The notes under the pieces are model-generated. The model did no database searches. It was given only the letters and a program-made list of their open reading frames with translations, and was not told the origin of the DNA. From Eledone cirrhosa (lineage: Eukaryota): a stretch of DNA of 64,000 nt. The translations under genes were made by a program, and so were the position numbers. The stretch is from NCBI GenBank assembly GCA_964016885.1, contig OZ024743.1:362390001-362454000 (forward strand). Direction: 5' to 3'. Within the stretch, counting starts at the first letter, position 1. Each line of letters starts with the position of its first letter. Positions 28,674 through 41,176 of this stretch are shown here, piece after piece.

Positions 28674-30201
28674 ACTGTACGTCTGTATACATATATGTAT
28701 GTACGTATACATGCATACTTACATTTAAGTAAGTGCCATACTAAGAGTGAGAAATGAAATTTCGTTTTCATTTTGTTTCAATTTATCGTTTTCGGTATGC
28801 CTGACCGATTTAACTCACTCAATATGCAAATTAGGCTGCTCAGCCGTTAATTTTCATAAGGAAAGTATATACTTTCGAACGTTCAACTATCTGGCAGATG
28901 GGTAAACGGTGCTGATGATAGCTAACAAGCTTGAAACTAGTACATCGTTCCTGTGTCAGTGTTGAACAAAAAGGTGACGTGGTTGCCTTAACACCGTATG
29001 GCATAAATTCAGGCTGTTCAGTTTGTTTACAAACGAACAAAGCGACGTTATAATAAGCGCCGCTAAACTGATACGTGCATATATGTATGTGTACCTGTAT
29101 GCATATGTATGTATATATGTATATATATATATATATGTGCATGCTACTGTACGTCTGTATACATATATGTATGTACGTATACATGCATACTTACATTTAA
29201 GTAAGTGCCATACTAAGAGTGAGAAATGAAATTTCGTTTTCATTTTGTTTCAATTTATCGTTTTCGGTATGCCTGACCGATTTAACTCACTCAATATGCA
29301 AATTAGGCTGCTCAGCCGTTAATTTTCATAAGGAAAGTATATACTTTCGAACGTTCAACTATCTGGCAGATGGGTAAACGGTGCTGATGATAGCTAACAA
29401 GCTTGAAACTAGTACATCGTTCCTGAGTCAGTGTTGAACAAAAAGGTGACGTGGTTGCCTTAACACCGTATGGCATAAATTCAGGCTGTTCAGTTTGTTT
29501 ACAAACGAACAAAACGACGTTATAATAAGCGCCGCTAAACTGATACGTGCATATATGTATGTGTACCTGTATGCATATGTATGTATATATGTATATATAT
29601 ATATATATATGTGCATGCTACTGTACGTCTGTATACATATATGTATGTACGTATACATGCATACTTACATTTAAGTAAGTGCCATACTAAGAGTGAGAAA
29701 TGAAATTTCGTTTTCATTTTGTTTCAATTTATCGTTTTCGGTATGCCTGACCGATTTAACTCACTCAATATGCAAATTAGGCTGCTCAGCCGTTAATTTT
29801 CATAAGGAAAGTATATACTTTCGAACGTTCAACTATCTGGCAGATGGGTAAACGGTGCTGATGATAGCTAACAAGCTTGAAACTAGTACATCGTTCCTGT
29901 GTCAGTGTTGAACAAAAAGGTGACGTGGTTGCCTTAACACCGTATGGCATAAATTCAGCTGTTCAGTTTGTTTACAAACGAACAAAGCGACGTTATAATA
30001 AGCGCCGCTAAACTGATACGTGCATATATGTATGTGTACCTGTATGCATATGTATGTATATATGTATATATATATATATATGTGCATGCTACTGTACGTC
30101 TGTATACATATATGTATGTACGTATACATGCATACTTACATTTAAGTAAGTGCCATACTAAGAGTGAGAAATGAAATTTCGTTTTCATTTTGTTTCAATT
30201 T
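28674..30201 (+). repeat. Tandem array of 472-474-bp units (about 3.2 copies), one HHR per unit
   Basis: HHRs at 28905-28949, 29377-29421, 29851-29895: aacggtg CTGATGA t-agctaacaagct-t GAAA ctag TA catcgtt. Confidence 0.9.
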
Positions 30202-30231
30202 ATATATATATAAATATATATATATATATAA

Positions 30232-30284
<53 letters not shown>

Positions 30285-30315
30285 AATATATATATAAATA
30301 TATATATATAAATAT

Positions 30316-30379
<64 letters not shown>

Positions 30380-30496
30380 TATATATATAATATATATATA
30401 TATATAATATATATATATATAATATATATATATATAATATATATATAATATATATATATATAATATATATATATATAATATATATATATATAATAT

Positions 30497-30562
<66 letters not shown>

Positions 30563-30985
30563 AAATATAGAACAATCAGATTTTTTGTTTAATGCATTTA
30601 ATTGCCGTCGATCATTTCTTCCAGAGAACTGTCTGGAATAATCGGAGCATACACAATGTTTAAAGAAGTAATTATATTCCTAGCCTTTAGAACATTCATA
30701 CATATATAAATGTGAGAAAAACCACAGACCCTCCATCTCAATTCTACTTTTGAAAAGCAGAAGAACTGCGAAACCAGTAAAGGAACCAAATAAATATATA
30801 TTTTTAAAAAAGACTCCAGTTGCATTTTCGATTTCATCTTTTTTCCTTATATTTTCACTCGTGTAGGACACCTCGGTTATTTTTCATTTTGCAAAAAAAA
30901 ACTCACTTTCTAATATATATATATATATATATATAAAATAAAATAAGTCAAATATTTAAAATCTGGCTTCGTTTATTAAAGGTGT

Positions 30986-31040
30986 ACTGCTATATATATT
31001 TCGGTGACAGCCATCCTTGGCTGTGACCTCTTCAGGCAGT
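30986..31040 (-). ncRNA. Type I HHR at the end of a non-coding PLE-like 3' region (about 30935-32370)
   Basis: actgc CTGAAGA ggtc acagcca agga tggctgt cacc GAAA tatata TA gcagt. Confidence 0.8.
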
Positions 31041-32384
31041 CCGAATTGGTGTGGAAGAGACGGGTACACGTATTTTTGAAGTGTTTAACTCCGTCAATAC
31101 TCCGATATGCCCAGTTCCTGGTTGGGTTGTTATTTCTCTGAGGAACTGGAATCATATGAATTCGAACAAACGAATTTCGGCGTCAAAGGAAACTCTCTCC
31201 TCCCATTGGTCAGTTGTGAGAACATTCCTCAGTCAAAAGTCTATAGAAATTTTTTCTGAGGCAAGGCAATCTGTTGTGCTTGTTTTTGTTAAGTACAGCT
31301 GACCTCCTCCCTTGTGTTGGTAGTGGTGTTGGTGTTGAGGGTCATTAGCCAGGTCACCTTTAATTCGGCTGCTGCTATTTTTAGAAGAATTTGTGTGTGT
31401 GTGTGTTGGCATCTATCCTGCCACCGTTTCTCGTGGTGGTGGTGGGGGGTAAACAGATGAAGAAATAAGTTAAAGTAAAATGGAGAAATAAAAGAATATA
31501 AGGCAATAAAATTAAGAAAATAAAAATAAAATAAAATAAATAAAAAAAATAAATAAATAAACAAAAAAAAAATAAAATAGTAAAAAGAATAAGATAATAA
31601 AAGAATAAAATAAAATAATAAAATAAAATGCGTGTGTGTTATAACCAATCTCAAGTTTGAATGATTTGGAAGATATTGACCGAAATAGAAAGGCTGTGTC
31701 AGAATCAAGAAGTGCAAAGGATCACAATCTTTACACTATCATGGTGTGGTGCGTTTTAAGAGCAAATGAGACAAGGGTGGAGTGTAAAACACTAGAACCC
31801 AAGTGTTAAAATCCGGAAATGCAGAGGACTACAGTTCCTATTTCGGCATAGAGTACATATGCGTGTATGTCAACTCACATCGTTCCAAGCACCCACGCAC
31901 AGGCCCAGGTGCATCTCTTATGCACACACACGCTAGCATGTTGTTAGTAGTTTTAGAATTGCAACACGTGCGACGGGTCACTCGCAGATTTGCATTTGAT
32001 GTGTAAACACAGATAGTTATTTCTTCCCCCTTGCTGAAGATCCAGTTTTGACTACTGTGACTTTACGCATTATTGGTGAAATATATTTCTTTAATGAAAT
32101 ATATACAAAGAGGATTAATCATTTTTTAAAAGGTAATATTTGGAGCTCTAGTTAAATTTTAATTAGTTACCTACCTAGCTATGTGTAATTACACACTTTA
32201 CAAATTATCCCATGTGATTGTTTCATGTGTTTATTTTAAATATATATATATGTCAATCAATTTGTAGTTGATATAAAATGTCCGGATCTATTCATTGGAA
32301 TATTTGAGTTTATTCTACGGTAGATATGGCGCATGTCTCGGACATGACACCCTTAATTTAATTTAATTTATTTCGGATATATAA

Positions 32385-32447
<63 letters not shown>

Positions 32448-33240
32448 TATAGATATATACATGTTGCAACTGGTCACTTTTAAGCTCTATGAAGAATTAA
32501 TAAATTAAAAAATCAGAGCAATATATCATAAATCATGTCTTTAGAATCATCAGATAATAAAATATATACTATTTCTTCTTCTAATTAGCATAATTAACCA
32601 TATAAAAAACCAATTAGAACAAGCTATAAGAATAAATACGCTTATGGGGAAATCTCCGACAAATAACCGAACGTAGCCTCTTCGCGGCGGCCCCAATCGA
32701 GTATTTATCCAATATTTCGACAGCATGTAGAAACTGACTAAATATACCATCAACCATACACAATTAGGTGTAAAATTAAACTTAGAAGAAATGCGCACAT
32801 ACCGTAGTTATATCTCTACCATGGTTTCTTCCTTATTTTTAGACATCCAAATAATAGGAATGTCCTGAGTTTGGATTCATCAGGAGACAAATTCAAAATC
32901 AGACATCTAGTTTTTCAATCCGATCCCGCCAAAAATAGATTCAAAAATGGCTAAGAATCGCTATGTGGCTGTGGTCAAGCCAGAGAGAAAGAATGTGATT
33001 GGTTGCTTACGGCGGGTAGGCTTGCTGCTAGAAAGCGCAGCCAAATATTATCGAGAAAGAGGCTTGCTGCTAGAAAGCGCAGCCGATATTATCGAGAAAG
33101 AGGAAAAAAAGGGGGGATAGGTGATACATATAGTTATTTGCCAAGTAGCGTACGCCAAAGGTGCTCGATACTAGTGCCGGCAGTATTAAATATTCGAAGT
33201 GTTAATATTTAGTGGGCTAGAGAGTTAGCAGGGCGTAATC

Positions 33241-33548
<308 letters not shown>

Positions 33549-33594
33549 TAGATAGGTAAATATACACGGGTGTGTATGATTGTGTATAGAAGAT

Positions 33595-33827
33595 TATATT
33601 AATAAGAGGAATTGCAACTTTGTCTGATTTACTCGTTTTATTTACAATCCTTTAAAATATATATAATGGTATTATAATGAAATAGTATGATAGAATATTA
33701 AATTCTAAGTGTTTAACACTTAGAATTTAATATTCTATCATACTATTTCATTATAATACCATTATATATATTTTAAAGGATTGTAAATAAAACGAGTAAA
33801 TCAGACAAAGTTGGAATTCCTCTTATT

Positions 33828-33833
<6 letters not shown>
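33595..33833. repeat. Near-perfect palindrome of the 3' tail of the 41-44.6 kb PLE family
   Basis: Arm matches 44514-44632. Confidence 0.85.
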
Positions 33834-33862
<29 letters not shown>

Positions 33863-33916
33863 ATACATATATACACACATACATACATATACACACATAT
33901 ACATACATATACACAC

Positions 33917-33955
<39 letters not shown>

Positions 33956-34279
33956 AACACACACACATATACATATATATATATATATATATATACATAT
34001 ATATATACATATACATACATATACACACACATACATACATATATATATACAAATAAGTACTCATAAATATACGCATATACACTGGCACATAAAAACAGCT
34101 CTACGGGCAGAAAATGCAGATAGGTAAGAGGTACTCACATAGCCATAGTGGCCGTATTTCAGGTTGAGGAGGGGTGGGTGAGGTGGGAAGGAGGTAGAGG
34201 GGCTAAAAAGAGAAAGTCGTTTTTAGCCATCGGGCATTAACACTGGCTTAAGGTATTTAAAAGTTGCAAAGTTCTTGTG

Positions 34280-34843
34280 CATGCAGTTCGGGCAGTGTTC
34301 AGAGAGTTTGTTCAGTAGCGGGCCCTTGGCGAATAAAATTTCATAGCTCTCTGAGATACAAAGATCGCAGCCCTTGTGTCCTCCAAATGTAAGAGCGCGC
34401 TTTTTGGAGTATTTTCCATTTAAGTGTCAAGGGGGTGGAGTTCCTTTTGAGGTCCCAAACATAAGAGGCGAGTGGTGTCTGGTTTGATTTGTCCGGTCTT
34501 CTGAAGGAGTGGGTATGGGCAGACCAACGGGTCTTAAAGTTATTGGAAGTCAAGCCGATGTAAGTCTTTTTGTTATTGCAATCATCGGTGCCTTAGATGA
34601 CATCGCATTTGTATACGATATCATTTGTCAGGCATTTGTTTTCAAGTGGGCAGGCTTCCTTATTTAGGCAATTACACAAGGCCCCAGTCCGGGGATTGTG
34701 TTCGGAGGTGGTTGGCTTATTTAATTTTTTAGAATTGTGGTTGGCTATATTCCTAGCTAGGTTTGGTGTGGTGGAGTAGGAGAGTCTTATTGTGTTCTTA
34801 TTAAAGATGGTGTAGTACCTATATTGTATGGGGAAGTGTGTTT
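34280..34843 (-). pseudogene. Hydra-like PLE GIY-YIG fragment
   Basis: IFNKNTIRLSYS, CNCLNKEACPLENKC, IVYKC, FKTRWSAH. Confidence 0.85.
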
Positions 34844-34875
34844 TATATATATATATATATATAGGAACCAGTAAG

Positions 34876-34969
34876 ACCCCGACAGCGGAGCTCAAGCCGT
34901 TTCGACGGCTAATTCTGGACTAAATGAAAATTTATCCTGGTATTTAAATAGCCGATCTTCTCAAGGGGT
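34876..34969 (-). ncRNA. Type I HHR, U3/A8 variant (sense 3' end of the PLE)
   Basis: Reverse complement of 39990-40083 with one substitution. Confidence 0.7.
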
Positions 34970-36086
34970 AATTCCATATATGGTCAAAGTGATTGTCAAA
35001 AATCAGTAGTAATTCTGTGGTTGCAAATTAGTAGGGGAGATGGTAGCTAAACCTGCCAGTAGGAGAAAGAGGGGAGGGGTGGAGTAGACCCAATCAGGCG
35101 TTTGTAGTGCCAGCTACAGCTGGGCATGAGGTCAAAGAAGATACAGGGGAGGGGGAGGGGGAGGAAGTCGGAACGGTAGGTAGAACAATGGGGGGTAGAA
35201 ATATATAGGAAAGAAAAAATACTGAGAGTGAAGAAAAGCAAATAAGTGTAAAGAAAAGCAAATGAGTGTAAAGAAAAAAGTAAAGTAAATTAAATTCTAC
35301 GACCTAGGTCTCTAGCTATTGTTAGGCTAGAGTAAATAAATAAAGAAAGAAAGAAAGAAGTAAAGAAAGAAATAAAGAAATAAGTAAAAGAACTAGGTGG
35401 GACGGGATAGGCGAGGACCCTTTTAAGAGGTATAAGTACGTAAATGATACGGTGACGGGTCAACAAAAGGGGCCAAAATACTAAAGAGACTACCACGAAA
35501 TAAACAATAAAGGTTTCCATCCCGGGCACAATTCCAGCAACCACCCAGTGCAGCAAAGTGAACTAATACGAGATAATAATTCTGAGTCCCGAGAAAAATA
35601 TATACTAATGCTAACTCTAAAAGATCTAAAACAAGCTACATGAAAGTTCGTACGAAGTAAAGGTAGAATACGGAAAAATAAATTCAGAATCCACCCCGCC
35701 CAAAAGAAAAGCGAAGAAAGAAATACTGAAACGAAAAAATAAGGCATAAGTGCCACTAAGAAATATAGAGGGCACAGAGAATAGTGGGAGCGGTCGGAAA
35801 AAGGGGACAAGTATCCGGGGTCTAAACCAACTGCTATAAAGGGCGGAGTCCGCCAAATCTATCCTAGACTAGGGGAGGGGGTGGGGGTACTAAGGCTACA
35901 ATGGGCCAAAGGGCAGCCTCGGGTGGGCGAGAAAAGACGCCGACAAAGGAGAAGAGCTGGGGTAGAACGACTAAGGAGAGAGGGGGGAAGGAAGGAAATA
36001 AAGGAAGCGATAAAAGAATACAAAGAAGATCTTATGTCTCCCTTGGCAAGCAGGGGTTACCCATTGCAAAATCGGCAAGTGGGGTG

Positions 36087-38256
36087 TTATAGCCCTAGTC
36101 TACCCCCCCCCCCCGGGTCATTATGGGGTTTGAGGGCGAGGTAAGTCCTACGCAATCTATGTTTACATGCAGTAACCAGTTCATCTTTCTTGTTTAGGAG
36201 TTGGTCCGTCGAAAACAGCATTTGTAAAGTTTCCTCCGAGCATAAATTGCACGGACGGCGTCCTCCCGTGTAAGAATTGGCTCTGGACAGTAATCTCCAA
36301 GTGAGGTCATAGGTGATGTTGTTGTCCTTGAGGTCCCATATGTGGCCCGAGAGTGTAGTGGCGTGACGCCGGGCCGGGTTTCGGAAGGTATGTCTATGTT
36401 GGTATAGCCGGGTCTTGAAGTCACATGCGGTAAGTCCTATATAGGCTTTGTTGGAGGTATCCGTCCTCACGTTGCACTGGTAGATCACATTACGGTCTCT
36501 GCATCTATTGTCGAGTGGGCAAATAGATCTATCCGGGCAGTTACACCTCCTGGTCGGTTCTCCACTGCTATTTAGGTTATTTCTGCCATCGGGGTTGAGT
36601 TTTTTGTTGTTAGAGGAGACGATGTTTTGTGCGAAGTTTGGTGTAGTGCTGTAAGAGAGTTTGATGGTATTTTTGTTAATTATGTTGTGGTAGCTGTGTT
36701 GTAATGGGAAGTGTTTTTCAATGAGCCTAAAGAATAGTTTCCCGATGGGAGTTGTCACCTCTGCGTTGTGGGGAGGATTGAACCATGTTACATTGCGTGA
36801 GCGGCGGTGTCTCCTGCTGGTTCCGCTAATGGGAGCTGGACAGTAGGATATTTCCTCCCGGAAACCACTCCGCTTGAGGGCCTGGTTGTAATAAGGCGCA
36901 TGTTCATCGAATATCCGCTCATTAGCTGACAAACGGGATATGCGGAGGGAGATGTTTTTGACCAGGTTGTTTGTGATGTTCCTAGGATGGTTTGATCGGC
37001 GGTGGATGTAGTGCAGATTGTCATTAGGTTTCCTGTATGGGTAGTACAGGTCGTTTTCGAGGTCAAGAGTCACGTCCAGGAAGTTTACTCTGGTCAGGGA
37101 CGTTTGTAGGGTTATTTTAAATCCCCAGTCGCGGAAGAATCTGATTAATTGTTTCCGGACCCGATCTGTACTACTGGGGTTGTACCCTTTAAGGGTAAGG
37201 AGCCCATCATCATGGTACAATCCACCACCGAATGCAGGAAACATATCAGTGAGTTTGGCTATTAGGAATAATCCTATAAGATCTGTGACCTCCGCCGAAT
37301 CCGTGGCGCCCATGCTGACGTCGAAGGGTGAGTCGGGAGCTCTTTTTATCCATTTAGAGTCGTCAAAGAGTAAGACTGTCTTCCTGGCGTGGAGGATGAT
37401 TTTTCTTTCCTGGTCGGTGATGGGCACAAGTGTTTCGGCGAAGTCCAAGGCGGCAGTAAGTAGCGGTAAGGTGATTGAAGCATAGTAGCTCTCTATGTCG
37501 AACTGTATGAATTTAGTTTCTCGTTTATCCTCCATATTGCTGAACCAGGAGATTACTTCCTGGGTGTTGACCCATAGGCTAAGTCGGGTGTGTTGCTTGA
37601 CTTTTGGTATCACGCGGTCTAGGATTTTTTTGCTGATTCTCCCTATGTCGGACTTCGTTGGGTTAATAAGCCTGATAGAGGGTTTACGGTCAAAATCGGA
37701 TTTATGGTCCTTCAGTGTGAAGTATGGTGTCCGTTGGTCTAGAGGTTCCGTGCGGTCGGCGACCCCGAGGCTGGAGGTGATTTGTTGTCCATCTCGATTT
37801 ATGTCCTCGATGCAAGAGTGGTTGGCCTTTTTATAGGTGGAGTTTAGGCTGCTCCTGATCAGTGTGGTATCTGTCAGGGTTGACAAAGTATAGGTTCCCA
37901 GTTTTATCCGAATGCACCATGATGTCATTTGTGTTATCATACTCTGTTAGGTTGCTACGGAGTTTTTGTAGGAATCGGTTGTGTCTGGGTTTAAATTTAA
38001 TGTTCTTGACCAGTTGGAAGAGGTCATTCTCGAAGGGTGCGAGCAAGGGGTTCAGGGGCGGAGATTTGTAGGTAATAAATCCGAATCTCTCCTTGGTGCC
38101 GAAGTCTTGGTTGTCGCAATATCTGTCATAGAAAAAAGTTCTCCATCTAAGTCTTTTCGCAAATAGATCGATTTTTTGCGTGAGCATCCGAAGGTAAAGT
38201 TTTTTCGGTGGGATTGGGATGTTCTTGGTAGAGAAGTCAATGTTGTGTTTTCGCAT
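36087..38256 (-). CDS. PLE polyprotein RT + GIY-YIG; one frameshift near 37862, YHDD at the catalytic motif
   Basis: MRKHNIDFSTKNIPIP..KRLRW; QFDIESYY; MGATDSAE; LYHDDG; FLDV; CNCPDRSICPLDNRC; VIY..YIG; CNLC; KDELVTACKH. Confidence 0.85.
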
Positions 38257-39989
38257 GGTGCGGGTGAAATGAATTGAGCTTAGCGCAAAAGTCTGGATAC
38301 GGCGTGGTAGGGTCGGAAAGTGCTCTACTACGGGGGTAGGAGCTAGATAACGAAGGAAATGTGGTAAGGAACCAGGTGGACCATAACGCACCAAAGTACT
38401 CAATACTTGAGGTAGTAGAGTGGGTAATAGGAACCAGTAAGACCCCGACAGCTGAGCTCAAGCCGTTTCGTAATGTGATCTACCAGTGCAACGTGAGGAC
38501 GGATACCTCCAACAAAGCCTATATAGGACTTACCGCATGTGACTTCAAGACCCGGCTATACCAACATAGACATACCTTCCGAAACCCGGCCCGGCGTCAC
38601 GCCACTACACTCTCGGGCCACATATGGGACCTCAAGGACAACAACATCACCTATGATCTCACTTGGAGATTACTGTCCAGAGCCAATTCTTACACGGGAG
38701 GACGCCGTCCGTGCAATTTATGCTCGGAGGAAACTTTACAAATGCTGTTTTCGACGGACCAACTCTTAAACAAGAAAGATGAACTGGTTACTGCATGTAA
38801 ACATAGATTGCGTAGGACTTACCTCGCCCTCAAACTCCATAATGACCCGGGGGGGTAGACTAGGGCTATAACACCCCACTTGCCGATTTTGCAATGGGTA
38901 ACCCCTGCTTGCCAAGGGAGACATAAGATCTTCTTTGTATTCTTTTATCGCTTCCTTTATTTCCTTCCTTCCCCCCTCTCTCCTTAGTCGTTCTACCCCA
39001 GCTCTTCTCCTTTGTCGGCGTCTTTTCTCGCCCACCCGAGGCTGCCCTTTGGCCCATTGTAGCCTTAGTACCCCCACCCCCTCCCCTAGTCTAGGATAGA
39101 TTTGGCGGACTCCGCCCTTTATAGCAGTTGGTTTAGACCCCGGATACTTGTCCCCTTTTTCCGACCGCTCCCACTATTCTCTGTGCCCTCTATATTTCTT
39201 AGTGGCACTTATGCCTTATTTTTTCGTTTCAGTATTTCTTTCTTCGCTTTTCTTTTGGGCGGGGTGGATTCTGAATTTATTTTTCCGTATTCTACCTTTA
39301 CTTCGTACGAACTTTCATGTAGCTTGTTTTAGATCTTTTAGAGTTAGCATTAGTATATATTTTTCTCGGGACTCAGAATTATTATCTCGTATTAGTTCAC
39401 TTTGCTGCACTGGGTGGTTGCTGGAATTGTGCCCGGGATGGAAACCTTTATTGTTTATTTCGTGGTAGTCTCTTTAGTATTTTGGCCCCTTTTGTTGACC
39501 CGTCACCGTATCATTTACGTACTTATACCTCTTAAAAGGGTCCTCGCCTATCCCGTCCCACCTAGTTCTTTTACTTATTTCGTTATTTCTTTCTTTACTT
39601 CTTTCTTTCTTTATTTATTTATTTACTCTAGCCTAACAATAGCTAGAGACCTAGGTCGTAGAATTTAATTTACTTTACTTTTTTCTTTACACTCATTTGT
39701 TTTTCTTTACACTTATTTGCTTTTCTTCACTCTCAGTATTTTTTCTTTCCTATATATTTCTACCCCCCATTGTTCTACCTACAATTCCGACTTCCTCCCC
39801 CTCCCCCTCCCCTGTATCTTCTTTGACCTCATGCCCAGCTGTAGCTGGCACTACAAACGCCTGATTGGGTCTACTCCACCCCCTCCCCTCTTTCTCCTAC
39901 TGGCAGGTTTAGGTACCATCTCCCCTACTAATTTGCAACCACAGAATTACTACTGATTTTTGACAATCACTTTGACCATATATGGAATT

Positions 39990-40083
39990 ACCCCTTGAGA
40001 AGATCGGCTATTTAAATACCAGGATAAATTTTCATTTAGTCCAGAATTAGCCGTCGAAACGGCTTGAGCTCAGCTGTCGGGGT
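39990..40083 (+). ncRNA. Type I HHR, U3/A8 variant
   Basis: acccc TTGAGAA ga-t-cggcta..tagccg-tc GAAA cggct tgagctc agctg TC ggggt. Confidence 0.75.
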
Positions 40084-40174
40084 CTTACTGGTTCCTATTA
40101 CCCACTCTACTACCTCAAGTATTGAGTACTTTGGTGCGTTATGGTCCACCTGGTTCCTTACCACATTTCCTTCG

Positions 40175-40284
<110 letters not shown>

Positions 40285-40329
40285 GTATATATATATGTAT
40301 ATATGTATGTATGTGTGTATGTATATGTG

Positions 40330-40361
<32 letters not shown>

Positions 40362-41176
40362 CATATATATATATGTATATGTGTGTGTGTGGGTGCGCGT
40401 GTGTGAGTGTGTGTGTTTGTGAATGTGTCTGTTGACATTTGGAATATAGCTTAAGAGAAACTTGAAGATAATGGTATGATAGGCACTCAATATTTTGAAC
40501 TGGTCTATAGAATTATCTAGGCCTTTGTCACTCTAAGTAGAACCTTAAAGAATTAGCTTTTAAAGAATTTCCCTTTTCTTTAAATCAATCAACCATGACT
40601 GACCTCCAACGACCTTATAGACACCTGAAATATAGGCATTGTTAACTTAAGAGAAATTTAAAAATAAGGAGTGGCACCCCATTCTGAACTTGTTTATAGA
40701 ATTCTTTCTGCCTTTGTTACTCTAAATATAAATTATAGCTTTAAAGAATTAGCTTTTAATGAATTCCCTTTTCTATCAACCAATGACCTCTACCCATCCC
40801 ACTCCCTACCCTCTCCTACCACCTGAAGAGGCCTATAAATACCATATTTATTTTTTGATACCCAGATTCGTGATGATTTCTAAAGAATGAAACAGTTCTA
40901 GTCCTTACTCCACCCACCGCCACCCCTACACGCCCCACAACCTTCCACCTCTTGTTTATCTTCATGTTTATTTTATTTTCTATTTGTACCCCTTCCACCG
41001 TTTCCCCCCCCCCCCCCACCTTTTTCTCTAAATGTCTCTCCCCCACTCCCCCACACACCCTCGGAACTCTCTTCCCACCCACTTTTCTCCTAAAGAAGGG
41101 CTTATGCCCGAAACGTCGTTCTCCACCACACACTCCCCTCTACCCATCTCCCACCACCACCCCCACTACAAGAACT

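Noticed and set aside
35047-36144. Duplicated short ORFs mirrored at 38766-39956
   Set aside because: They are low-complexity PLE 3' UTR read twice because of the inverted duplication.
41086-41125. CTAAAGA agggc ttat gccc GAAA cgtc
   Set aside because: The essential G5 is lost and there is no stem I partner; probably a dead HHR.
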